Shown here one piece after another: positions 1 to 10,659 of a stretch of 20,592 nucleotides of DNA. The stretch covers positions 1 through 20,592 of the forward strand of contig NW_021823965.1 of the NCBI RefSeq assembly GCF_006345805.1. The letters run 5' to 3'. The notes under the pieces are model-generated. The model was not told the origin of the DNA. It worked only from the letters and a program-made list of their open reading frames with translations, and ran no database searches. Within the stretch, counting starts at the first letter, position 1. Each line of letters starts with the position of its first letter. A program made the translations under genes and the position numbers. The stretch is from Octopus sinensis. Lineage: Eukaryota.

Positions 1-411
1 CCGAAGGCCGCGGCAATGCTGGGGCACCACCGCCGTGTGTGCATGTGTATAAGTGAAGAATAAGTGAGTGAGATATTCAGAGGCAAGATACAGAACGCAG
101 GGAACGTAAGAGAGGAAAGTTTTAGTGAATAAATTGGAAAAGAGGAGCGAAGGCAACAAACGAAAAGTAGCCGGGATATAAAGCATTAACCAGGTGGGAT
201 TATTGAATACATCGATTGACTGAGGCAAAGAGAAGGATTCTTATATAATAAAAGATATACTTGTATAACCAAGCACATCACACTCATGGATGTGTGTGGA
301 TGTAGTATTTATTAGCAGTTACGTTAGAAGTGTTATTTAAAGTGTTATATATATAATTGTGCTTAGATTACTAGTACTTTCGTTGAAGCTCTTGTCCTTT
401 AAATAACAAAA

Positions 412-481
412 TATATATATATATATATATATAATATATATATATATATCATATGTATAATATATATATATATACATCTAC

Positions 482-520
<39 letters not shown>

Positions 521-832
521 GTACGTACATATATATTATATATTACATATACGTATAATATATATAGTAATATATATACATACTATATATATATATATAT
601 GATATCATATGTACTACATATATATATATACTATAATATATACATATGTTTAACATACATATATATATATATATAGTATATATATGTATTACTATATATA
701 TATATATACATATGCATTATATATACATCTGTATATATATATATATACATATGTTTACATACATATATATATACATGTATGTATGTCTATATATATGTAT
801 TATGTGATAAATGCATGCGTATATATGTATAT
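412..832. repeat. Long interrupted (TA)n microsatellite
   Basis: About 420 bp of alternating TA with sporadic CA/TG/GTA interruptions, seen directly. Confidence 0.95.
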
Positions 833-1077
833 ATAAATTTCTAAGTTACTGCATGAGTGAAGATTTGAAAATGCGAAGGTCTTTTAGAGTTGTTTAATGA
901 CATGACCGGTTTCACATTTTTAGAAAATGATTACCGAAAGTAAAATGAAAAGCTTTACATATCATTTTGGAAAAAAAAACGCTTTATATTTTACTTTTGA
1001 CAAATCTTTTTCCTAAAAAAGTGAAACAGGTCAATTCAACAAACATCTCTAAACGTCCTTCGCATGTCCAAGCATTC

Positions 1078-1080
<3 letters not shown>

Positions 1081-1135
<55 letters not shown>

Positions 1136-1148
1136 TGTGTGTGTGTTT

Positions 1149-1181
<33 letters not shown>
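1081..1181. repeat. (TA)n/(TG)n compound microsatellite
   Basis: Pure TA run 1082-1134, short TG run, then a second TA run; source of the YIYI ORFs. Confidence 0.95.
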
Positions 1182-1185
<4 letters not shown>

Positions 1186-2139
1186 TCAGAGTGAGAGAGA
1201 GAAAGAGAGATCACACAGACATATATGTATTTTTGTCGGTGTTTGTTAGTGTTTGGATATATACCTATATTTCTATACATACTACGAAAGTGTACATGTG
1301 AGTGCGTACCCTCCCTCTCACCCCCCCCCCCACAAACACATACAAGCAGACACAGTGTAAAATGAAGATAATCTCCATTTTAAATAGTTATAACATTTGT
1401 GCGTTTCACCATTGGAGGTATTTCGAACTCAGCGTCGGTTTCACCGCAATGCATCAAAGAGGCCACACGCTTATTGCATTCTCGTAAGCAAATGTAATAT
1501 CTCCCTTATGTACAGTCATCATTGTCCCTCTCCTGTGCCTGATGCGAGTATCAACAAAACTCAGCCTCATTTGCAGGAAGGGCTTTTCCACTGACGTCAT
1601 GAGGAGATCCACAAGACCATACCTGACACCATCTGCAAAAATCCTCTCACCATGCCTGCTATCATTTCTAAAAGTGTCGATACCAACTAATGTCCCATGG
1701 AGTGTTCACGTTTACTCCGTTTTGGCGAGTTACGATGCTCCTCTTCGATACAATCTAACGTTTAGTCCGATTGCTTAGCGGGACTGCGGTGAGGTAACGG
1801 AAATGACACTGGATTATACAGTGAATCTAGCTGCGCAGTTATTGTTTGTCAAGTAGTGGTCCAGTTGAAGTGGTGGAGCAAGTTTGTCTGGAATAATCGA
1901 AACCTGCCAAACATCTCAGAGGCTAGAGACGGCAGCCCAAGTTAGATGGGTATGGAGATGGCGAAGGTTGTTTCGATGTTCCTTTGTATTAAGACAAGTT
2001 AGAAGATAGGTCTGATATGATAAAACCTGGTGAGGGCATCTGCAACAGGTTTGTTATTTGTAAATAGATAGGAACCCTACCATATATCCCAAGATACATC
2101 ACATACTATACCTAAATTTCTGAAACCAACAATATATAT

Positions 2140-2512
2140 ATGTGTATATATGTGTGATTTTCTGTGTGATTGTGTGTGTGATTGTGTGTATGCGATTGTG
2201 TGTGTAATTGTGTGGGTGTGTGATTGAGTGTATGCGTGATGAGTGTGTGTGTGATTGAGTGTGTGTGTGATTGAGTGTGAGTGTGATTGAGTGTGTGTGT
2301 GTGACTGAGTGTGTGTGACTGAGTGTGTGTGACTGAGTGTGTGTGTGACTGAGTGTGTGTGATTGAGTGTGTGTGTGTGTGACTGAGTGTGTGTGTGGTT
2401 GAGTGTGGTGTGTGTGTGTGTGGTTGAGTGTGTGTGTGATTGAGTGTGTGTGTGTGACTGAGTGTGTGTAATTGTGTGATTGTTTGATTGAGTGTGTGTA
2501 TGTGTTTATATG
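2140..2512. repeat. Compound (TG)n minisatellite punctuated by GATTGA/GACTGA
   Basis: Repeated units of (gt)n+gattga or (gt)n+gactga; the 175-aa THS-rich minus-strand ORF is its artefact. Confidence 0.9.
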
Positions 2513-2780
2513 TGTGCTTGTAAATTTGCGTGTGTGCGTGTAGGAGAAAGCTGAGATATTAATAACAACGAAAAAAGTGAAATAGTTAGAGAGGGGAAGA
2601 AAAATGAAATGACCTGCGAGAAGCATAAATTTTGCGTTTGAAAGGTAAACGAGAGATATATATACGCTTATACAAAGACGCGTGTTTCTTTTTGTTTGTT
2701 TTTTTTTTATATCAGAGAGACAGAAATATGCACGTACTCAGTGTAAAAACGTGCAATATTCAACTTTTTAATTATGATTT

Positions 2781-3186
2781 CATCTTTTCCCAGTTTCACA
2801 CAACCGTAGCCATGCTGGAGCACCGCCTGACACAATCCTGAAGAATTTTAGACAAATTAATCAACACCAGTGCTTCGTTTTCTTTTCTTTTTTTTATTTA
2901 ACCTGGTAGTTAATCTATCACCCCTTTTGCCGAACTGCTGGGTAACGGGGGTGTAAATACATCAACACCGGTTATCAAGTAGTGGTGGGGGACAAACAGA
3001 CACCCAAACACACACACACACACACGACGTGTATGTTTACGATGGGTTTCTTTCTAAATCCGCTTTCTAAGGCCACTTACAAGGATTTGGTCAACTGGAG
3101 GCTGCAGACCAGCGTGGAATGCAGTGGGACTGAACTCGGAACCATTTGGTTAGGAAGCCAGCCTTTTACCACACAACCACTCCTGC
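2781..3186 (-). mobile_element. tRNA-derived SINE fam1, diverged near-full-length copy
   Basis: Head near 3186 with A-box-like tggttgtgtgg and B-box-like gagttcagtccc on the minus strand; tail gccatgctggagcaccgcc (~2809-2827) matches copies at 3608-3760 and 14503-14911. Confidence 0.8.
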
Positions 3187-3261
3187 AGCTATATTATATT
3201 AATTTTTGTTTCAATTTTAGGTTAAAACCTGAAACATCGTGCTGGAATGGAACCCGTAGTA

Positions 3262-3420
3262 GTTGACGTGTACGTTATTCTATCGATCTCGAAATGTGTA
3301 TAAAAAAAGCACACTGACCTGGAAGAGATTTGAACATAGAATGCAAAAAAAAAAAACAAAAAACAGCAGAACAAATCTATCAAGTAATCTAGCGCTCTAA
3401 TGATTGTGCCAGTTGGTTGC
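3262..3420 (-). mobile_element. Old decayed fam2 SINE fragment
   Basis: gatttgaacatagaa and ctctaatgattgtgccagttgg align by eye to fam2 gaatttgaactcaga and tgctaaccattctgccaactcg (copy at 4708-5150). Confidence 0.45.
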
Positions 3421-3607
3421 TTCTGCTAATCGTAATTATATTTGTTGCTAGCAAACATCAGGTCACAACTTTTGGGTTTGTGTGATAGTCGAGTATATTG
3501 AATGCAGTAGTTAGATGAGTCTTTATTTTGTCAGCTTTTGGAAGCCCACCCACGGCGAATGGCTGAACCTCCAGTCTTTTAGTGTGATGAACTAACGTTT
3601 ATGACTA

Positions 3608-3756
3608 ACGTTTATGTCCCCGTCACTTAGCGATTCGACAAAAGAACCGATAGAATAAGTACTGGGCTTACAAAGAATAAGTCCCGGGGTCGATTTGCTC
3701 GACTAAAGGTGGTGCTCCAGCATGGCCGCAGTCAAATGACTGAAACAAGTAAAAGT

Positions 3757-3760
<4 letters not shown>
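3608..3760 (+). mobile_element. fam1 SINE, 5'-truncated young copy
   Basis: Highly similar to the reverse complement of 14503-14660 (tccccgt..cttagcg..gatagaataagtac..ggggtcgatttgctcgactaaagg..gctccagcatggccgcagtcaaatgactgaaacaagtaaaag). Confidence 0.9.

Positions 3761-3761
<1 letters not shown>

Positions 3762-3822
<61 letters not shown>
3762..3822. repeat. (GA)n microsatellite at SINE 3' end
   Basis: About 30 GA units directly after the SINE A-rich tail. Confidence 0.95.
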
Positions 3823-3826
<4 letters not shown>

Positions 3827-3859
3827 TGTCCAAAGGGAACGTAGCTGATGACACCACCC

Positions 3860-3960
3860 GCAGTGATATTTTATTTTATCAATTCCCGAAGCAGGTGTAT
3901 AAATTAGCCGCCGTAGATTTTGAACTCAAAACGTAAAGGTGCTGCATAAACGAAGCGGCT
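3860..3960 (-). mobile_element. Decayed fam2 SINE fragment
   Basis: gattttgaactcaaaacgtaaag resembles the fam2 B-box region on the minus strand; flanks align weakly. Confidence 0.35.
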
Positions 3961-4221
3961 GCAGCAAGAAATAAGAATCAGCTTTATGCTGCTTCACAAA
4001 ATGTGTTTTCTTCTTAACATCTATAGTAGGAATAACAATAAATAACATTAGCAAGAACAGTGGTGTTCCAATGCGTGTAGCTACCCGATTCCTTTCAGCG
4101 ACTGATGTTTTATAAGACCCGCTTCAGCATCCTTTGGAAAAAATAAATAAAAAGATCGTTTTAAGTAGACTGTAGAAAATGTGGTGCTATGATTTATTAT
4201 CAATGTTTTCTTACATAAGGT

Positions 4222-4445
4222 AGTGAGCTTGGCAAAATCAGTAACACGTCTGGCAGAATGCGTTACCCGTGTTCCGTCCACCTTTACTTCTTGACTTCAA
4301 ATTCCGCCGAGGTCGACCTCGCATTTCTTCCCTTTCGGGGTCGAGAAAATATGCCTCAGTTGACCACTGGGGTCGATGTAATTCATTAACCCCACTCTTC
4401 ACAAATTTCTTTTCTGACCTTGTATCAATATTTGCAACCGATATT
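4222..4445 (+). mobile_element. fam2 SINE, monomeric copy
   Basis: Head agtgagcttggcaaaatc, B box gacttcaaattcc, central gaggtcgacctcgcatttcttccctttcggggtcgagaaaat, and one tail. Confidence 0.8.
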
Positions 4446-4460
4446 TTCGTATATGGCTAA

Positions 4461-4685
4461 GGCGGTCGGCTCGCAGGGTCATTAGCAAGTAGGAAAAAGG
4501 CTTGGCGGATTATTTTTCTTTTCCCCGACAATTTAGGTTGAGTTCGAATCTCGCCAAGGTTGGCTCTGTCTATTACTCTTTCGGAGGTCTGTAAAGTACT
4601 ACCATTATAGCTCAGGTGGCGATATAATAGACTATACCCGTCCCACAATATTTCAGACCTTCTCACTATTGTAGGAAGACTTATT
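4461..4685 (+). mobile_element. fam2 SINE, older monomeric copy
   Basis: aaggcggtcggctcgcag head, B box gagttcgaatctc, degenerate central domain and tail in the same order as 4222-4445. Confidence 0.6.
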
Positions 4686-4707
4686 TCTTGTATGTTGAGA
4701 CATTGAA

Positions 4708-5150
4708 TATTTCTCTACTCTAGACACAAGGCCTGACATTTGGGGGGTGGGGGAGCAGGCCAGTCGATTAGATCGACCTCAGTACGTAACTGGTAATTAA
4801 TCTTTCAACCCTAAAAGGATGAAAGGCAAAGTCGACCTCGGCGGAATTTTAACTCAGACGAAATACCTATTTCGTTACTACCCACAAGGGGCTAAACACA
4901 GAGAGGACAAACAAGAACAGACATAGGTATTAAGTCGATTATATCGACCCCAGTGCTTAATTGGTACTTAATTTATCGACCCCGAAAGGATGAAAGGCAA
5001 AGTCGACCTCGCCTTTCATCCTTTCGGGGTCGATAAATTAAGTACCAGTTAAGCACTGGGGTCGATATAATCGACTTAATACCTATGCAAACGAAATACC
5101 GCTACGCATTTCGCCCGGCGTGCTAACCATTCTGCCAACTCGCCGCATTC
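4708..5150 (-). mobile_element. fam2 SINE, dimeric copy with 15-bp target-site duplication
   Basis: Head gcggcgagttggcagaatggttagcacg (reverse complement of ~5146-5119); two monomers joined by the spacer also seen at 19548-19612; flanked by tgttgagacattgaa (4693-4707) and tgttgaggcattgaa (5151-5165), one mismatch. Confidence 0.9.
4922..5087. repeat. Inverted repeat: 77-bp arms, 12-nt spacer, one mismatch
   Basis: 4922-4998 is the reverse complement of 5011-5087 except T4961/G5048; spacer aaagtcgacctc. Confidence 0.97.
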
Positions 5151-5154
5151 TGTT

Positions 5155-5350
5155 GAGGCATTGAAGCAACATGATCGATAGCATGCTGGTAGAATGCTTC
5201 GCGATATTTGTTTCGACTCCTTAAGTTCAGAGTTCAACTTTCACCGAGGTCGTCTATGCCTTTCATCTTTACGGGGTAGATAATATATACACTACCAGTG
5301 AAGAACTGGGGCCGGTGTAGTCGATTTGCCACATCCCGTCGAAAATTTTA
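5155..5350 (+). mobile_element. fam2 SINE, older monomeric copy, head-to-head with 4708-5150
   Basis: gagttcaactttcaccgaggtcgtctatgcctttcatctttacggggtagataat and actggggccggtgtagtcgattt match the fam2 body. Confidence 0.75.
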
Positions 5351-5444
5351 AAGAATATTTTCTTACATATATTTCCATCTACACAAACATATTTGCATGG
5401 ATTTCCCTGTACTACTATATCGTATGATGAATTTTAATAACTAC

Positions 5445-5835
5445 GAGGCAGGTGTGACTATGCGCTTCTCAACTATATGATTCTGGGTTGAGTCCCACTG
5501 CGTTGCGCTGTGGCCAAGCCTCTTTTGTTGTAGCCCTGTGAGTGGATTTGGTAGACGGAAACTGAAAGTACCCCGTGGTATATAGCTTTGTTAGTACTGA
5601 AAGTAGCCCGTGATATATATACCTTTGTTATTACTGAAGTACCCAGTCACATGTAGCTTTGCTAGTGTATTTCCGTCCCTGTAACACTATTGTTTCTGCC
5701 AAAGCAACCTATAGAATAAGTAGAGGGTTAAAATGAATATAAGGACTCAGGTTGGTGTGTTCGATTAAAATTCTTTAAGGTGATGCCCTAGAATGGCCGC
5801 AGTCCAATGACTTAAATGAGAAAATAAAGATAAAA
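5445..5835 (+). mobile_element. fam1 SINE, diverged full-length copy with internal tandem triplication
   Basis: Head gggttgagtcccactgcg..gtgagtggatttggtagacggaaactgaaag, tail atagaataagt..atggccgcagtccaatgact; three ~35-bp tandem units at 5561-5666. Confidence 0.8.
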
Positions 5836-6336
5836 CACGATTACAATTCCAACAAATTATAGAAGGATTTAGATATATTATTTCCAAAAGAAATCGCTTA
5901 CACCTCTAAACACCCAGCGCCGACGTAGTGTCCGCTTGGCACACACAGTCACCTGCTGAGACGCAATCCTACTAAGTGGTTTGCCGTAAAGTTATGTTCA
6001 AGAAGTATCTGATTAAAGGCAATGAAGCGGAGCATCATAGTTACGGACTGGAATTATTTGGGTTGTGATTCAAGAATCTCCGGATTTTATTTGGATTTTC
6101 AAATACAATTACAAACAAGAGAGAAAAAAACTCAGAATTAGAAGTTAAGTTGAATATTTCATTACGTTGCCAAACCATATCCTTAGCCCGTCCCTCCCGT
6201 ATTGTGCACTGAGGCGATGATTCTGGGCTAGAGCGATTACGAGCGAGTCGCAGTAAACGTTTGGAAACCTTCCCAGTGTAATTCGCTCACGCACGCACCT
6301 ATGCTCAGGCACACACACATACACACGCATGCATAC

Positions 6337-6529
6337 CTTAATTAACCATTTGAGTGAAGCTGAGCTCAAGGGACCATCCTGTAAAATATAGTCGGACATA
6401 TCCATCGCAGTACTTTTTGTAAGTTAGGTACATATTCTATCAAACCCTATTGCCGAAGCGCTAGGTTATGGGGACGGGAAGTGTTGATAGGGGATAAAAA
6501 CAAAAGACACTGACGTGTACGTGTCTGCT

Positions 6530-6628
<99 letters not shown>

Positions 6629-6900
6629 TACATAGTTATATATATAGAGAGAGAGAAAGAGATAGATAGATAGATAGATCGATAGATAGATAGATAGATA
6701 GACAGACAGATAGTTAGATTGATAGATACACACATACATACATATGAACGAAGAGTTACCTTTCAGCTTCGACTTCTATATAAAATGACAGTGTTTTGAT
6801 CGGCCCGGGCTAGAGTAGAAACACTTGTTGAAGGTCGCGGTGGTGGGACTGAATCCAACACCACACGGCTGGGAAGCAAGCCTCTCCACCACATAGCAAC
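6337..6900 (-). mobile_element. fam1 SINE, diverged full-length copy split by an expanded microsatellite
   Basis: Head gggactgaatcc..gggaagcaagcctctccaccacatagc (6846-6897); tail reverse complement cgtccccataacctagcgcttcggcaa..gatagaatatgtac..tcaaatgg; middle 6527-6745 is (CT)n(AT)n(GA)n(GATA)n. Confidence 0.7.
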
Positions 6901-6989
6901 GGTCTTACACACACACACATTCACACACACACACACAATTACACGCTCGCGCGCGGGAACAGAGAGAAGGAGAGTGAAGGGATGTGAGG

Positions 6990-7080
6990 AGAAGTCGACC
7001 AGTGTAATACATTGGTATTTATTAATGGAATAATAAATTTGACTTCCGTGTGATTTGAACTCAGAACTAAGATATCGGGA
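6990..7080 (-). mobile_element. Short decayed fam2 fragment
   Basis: gatttgaactcagaac equals the reverse complement of the fam2 B-box region; the rest aligns weakly. Confidence 0.3.
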
Positions 7081-7289
7081 TAGCTACCGCCATGTAGCTA
7101 TCGCCTACACAATTTTGTGTGTGTGTGTGAAGACACCCGTACAGCTTCTCACATGCACACGCGCGCGTGAGTATGAGTGTGTGCGCGTGTATGTCTATCT
7201 ATCTATCTATATTATATATATATATACTTACATGTTGGTAGTTATTGCATAGGTTACGTAATACTTTTTATATATGCTTGTGAAAATGC

Positions 7290-7527
7290 GTGTTTGTCTG
7301 TGTGAATATGTGTGTGTTTGTGTGTGTTTGTTTGTGTGTGTGTGTCCGTGAACATGGGCCAAGATTATCGTGTGAGAAACGGAGGGTGCGACTAAAACAT
7401 GTAAAGAAAATATACACGAGTATAGTAAAGGAAATACATGGGAGTCGAAAAGAGATAAACAAAAATGGATATAGTAATAGATATTTAGAGAGAGACAGTG
7501 AGCGAGAGAGAGAGAGAAGAGAGAGAC

Positions 7528-7582
<55 letters not shown>

Positions 7583-7610
7583 GAAGGGAAGACAAAGTGA
7601 GTGTGTGAGG
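7290..7610. repeat. (TG)n-rich and (GA)n microsatellites
   Basis: TG-rich 7290-7345; GA-rich 7488-7580. Confidence 0.85.
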
Positions 7611-7737
7611 GAGAGTAGGAGCGAAGTTATAAAACGTAGGAAGGACCGTGGTAAAGTCTGCTACTACTTTCAGTGATAAAATCATTGACTTTTTCGATAA
7701 TGGTAACAATACGCTTGTTGTGAGCGGCACAGCATCA

Positions 7738-7934
7738 ACTACTACTACTGCTACCACTAATACCACTACTACTACTACAACAACTTCTACTGATAATGAT
7801 GATGATGGTGATGTTGGTGACGATGATATGATGGTAGCACTACTACTAAATAATACTGTTATTGCTGACGTTGTTCTTGGTTGTAGTAGTAGAATTAGTA
7901 CAATGTAACGAAACAGCAGCAGCAGTAGTAGTAA

Positions 7935-7969
<35 letters not shown>

Positions 7970-8760
7970 TAAATGCCGTCTGTAGTAGAAATGTATCACA
8001 GTGCACTGTACGAGGTGCGCGGCGGGAATGAACGTGGGATGCTGATTTTCAGGTGGAAGTCGAACTACTACTACTACTACTACTACTACTACAACTACTA
8101 CTACTGCTGCTGCTTACACTACAACTACTAAACAGCAGCACCGCAAGTTATAGTGTCGGTGGTGTTAATTATTTTTTGAAGCGATGGCAGTGTCAATAGT
8201 CTTAGTGATAAATATCAGCTGGCACTTTAGTGTTTGTAATAGTAGTAGTATTAGCATAATCTCCCGTAGTGGTTTGCTTTCGTCGTCATTGTAGTAGTAG
8301 TAGTAATAGTGGTAGTGGTGGTGGTGGTGGTAGCAGTAGTAATAGTAGTGGTGGTGTTGGTGGTGGTGGTGGTGCTGGTGCCGGTATTAGAGGTAGTAGT
8401 AGTTGTGGTGGTGATGGTGTTAGTGGTGCTGGTGGTGGTAGAAATTGTTGCTGTGGTAGTATTAGTAGTGGTGGTAGTATTAGTAGTAGTTGTGGTGGTG
8501 GTGGTGTTGGTATGCCGGTATTAGAAGTAGTAGTAGTTGCTGTGGTAGTAGTAGTCGTAGCATTAGTAGTAGTGGTGGTGGTGGTAGTATCAAAAGTGAT
8601 GGTGTTGGTGGTGGTGCTGCTGGTGCCGGTAGTAGTTGCGGTGGTAGAAGTAATACTAGTGGTGGTGGTAGTGGTAGTAATAGTATTAGTAGTAGTAGTA
8701 GGTCATCGTCGTTTTGGTCGTGGTGTGTTAGTTAGTGGTGGTGGTGGTGGTCGTGATGTT
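7738..8760. repeat. Degenerate trinucleotide repeat field (ACT/AGT/GGT/GAT) in alternating orientation
   Basis: ACT blocks 7738-7790 and 8064-8130; AGT/GGT blocks 7915-7968 and 8238-8760. Confidence 0.9.
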
Positions 8761-9049
8761 TTTTGTTGTCGGCGTTGATTGTTGAAGGGTAGTTTCGAGC
8801 ACAGTCCCGATCGAAACGAACAAAGATCTATGACGTTTCAGTCGTGACCATCACATCTCATTTTAAAAAAGATTCTGGCTAGCCATTAGTGCTTAAAGTA
8901 CTACAGTATTATTTCAACGTCTCCTTCATTTTTTAAGTCTGTACGATGTAATAGAAGGAACATTTGACTGTTATGTCTAGCTGACCCATTAAGTTATATT
9001 CGGATAAGAGCTGTTTGCGGAGGCAGTGGTTGTTTCATTTGTGTGTGTG

Positions 9050-9290
9050 TAGGTGGGCGATGGTATTGATGATGGTTGCGGTGAAGGTGATGGTGATGCT
9101 GATGGTGATGCTGATGGTGGCAGAGACAACGGTAGCGACGATGATCACTAAACTCATGATAACGACGACTATAGAGTGCGACAATGGTGCCAAAGTTGGC
9201 GACAACGACGACAATGTGGTGGTGACGACGGTGATACGGTGGAGCCGGTGGCGGCACCGGCGCTGACGATACGGATGACGATGAAGGCAG
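9050..9290. repeat. Degenerate GAT/GGT/GAC trinucleotide low-complexity tract
   Basis: 3-bp periodicity seen directly; the M/V/T/D-rich ORFs are artefacts. Confidence 0.75.
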
Positions 9291-9825
9291 TCATGACAAC
9301 ATTGAACACTGGATCGGTTCTAGACTTGTTTGATCATTTTGGGGGCCGCTGTGTTGATATCTTTTAAATAAAAGAAAATTTGATGTGGCAAGAGTTATGC
9401 CGGTTGCCTTATTTGATATTGTTATATGTAATATTACGGAAACCTACTTCGGCACTCTCTCTCTAAATTGCTACCGGCACTGTTTCATTGTTACTTTAAT
9501 GTTCTGAAATTTAAATCCTAGAGGGTTAGGTCAAACATCACCGTTACTCTTTCCGGGAATGAAACACTTATGGCGCTGTCAAGTATCCGCAATCTGAAAT
9601 TCGCCTGCGAAACTTGTGAAATTGTTTGTTGCAAAGTTAAAATTCATTATTATGGTTAGTAGAATCGGGAGATTTGCCAGAGGGCAGATCTTTAGATATA
9701 TTTGTACGTTAGCTATTCCCAAACCACTCTATCTCGACCCATTTGAGAAAATTTATAAAGAAGCAAAATCCTCTACGGCGGTTTTTTTCTTGTTGTTTTC
9801 CATATATACGTATATTTGTGTGTGC

Positions 9826-9827
<2 letters not shown>

Positions 9828-9878
<51 letters not shown>

Positions 9879-10304
9879 GGTCTGTGACCGAATACTGCTT
9901 GGTCGAATATATATATACATATTATATATATATATGTGTGTGTGTATATATATATATATATAGGTGTATATATATATATACATATATGTATATGTGTATA
10001 TATATGCATATGTATAGGTGTATATATATATATATATATACATATATGTATATGTGTATATATATATATACATATATGTATATGTGTATATATATGCATA
10101 TGTATAATATATATATATATATATATACATATATGTATATGTGTATATATATATGCATGTATATATATATATATATATGTGTGTATAAATATATATATAT
10201 GCATATGTATATATATATATGTGTGTGTATAAATATATATATATGCATATGTTATATATATATATGTGTGTGTATAAATATATATATATATATATATGTG
10301 TGTG

Positions 10305-10352
<48 letters not shown>
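9828..10352. repeat. Large (TA)/(TG) compound microsatellite with higher-order units
   Basis: About 520 bp alternating purine-pyrimidine; all overlapping YIYI ORFs derive from it. Confidence 0.95.
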
Positions 10353-10355
<3 letters not shown>

Positions 10356-10659
10356 CTTTTTAATACTTAACTAAAAATCATTTTCCCCAAAAATTAATAC
10401 ATTAACATTTGATATTTTTCTCGGAGGTATGTTTTTCCTTCGATTCTTCTTTGCTGTAAATGTTGCCATGTTTGACATTTATGCCCACGGCTTATTCTAT
10501 AGCAATTTCGCAGACATTTTACGTTTTATGAAATATTTCGAATCAGAAAATATTTTATTCTGCTGCCTATTTGCAACCTATGTGCTGCAATTGTATTTGT
10601 GTCGCGGCACTTTTGTGACATAATTATAACTAATTAATATATATATATAAATCCATGTT

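Noticed and set aside
4222-5350. Repeated palindromic units as a CRISPR array
   Set aside because: These are SINE bodies with irregular spacing and orientation, no unique spacers and no cas genes, in eukaryotic context.
6337-6378. 42-nt minus-strand exon candidate (tttacag|GATGG...TTAAG|gtatgc; DGPLSSASLKWLIK)
   Set aside because: It aligns to the 3' end of the decayed fam1 SINE (aggcggtgctccagcatggccgcagtcaaatgactgaaacaag) and has a short pyrimidine tract; likely a chance signal unless junction reads exist.
6760-6775. 16-nt minus-strand microexon-like signal (tatag|...AAAG|gtaact)
   Set aside because: It is the decayed fam1 motif tagacggaaactgaaagaag.
8269-8778. Gly/Ser/Val-rich ORF, or antisense mucin-like Thr-rich ORF
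   Set aside because: Trinucleotide repeat whose register shifts mid-ORF; no domain or supporting splice context.
9598-9660. KFACETCEIVCCKVKIH as a C2H2 zinc finger
   Set aside because: Spacing is wrong (9 rather than 12 residues to His), there is no second His, and stops flank it.
9743-10309. Long YIYI/CV ORFs here and at 967-1249, 2099-2626 and 6461-6739
   Set aside because: Dinucleotide repeats lack stops in several frames.
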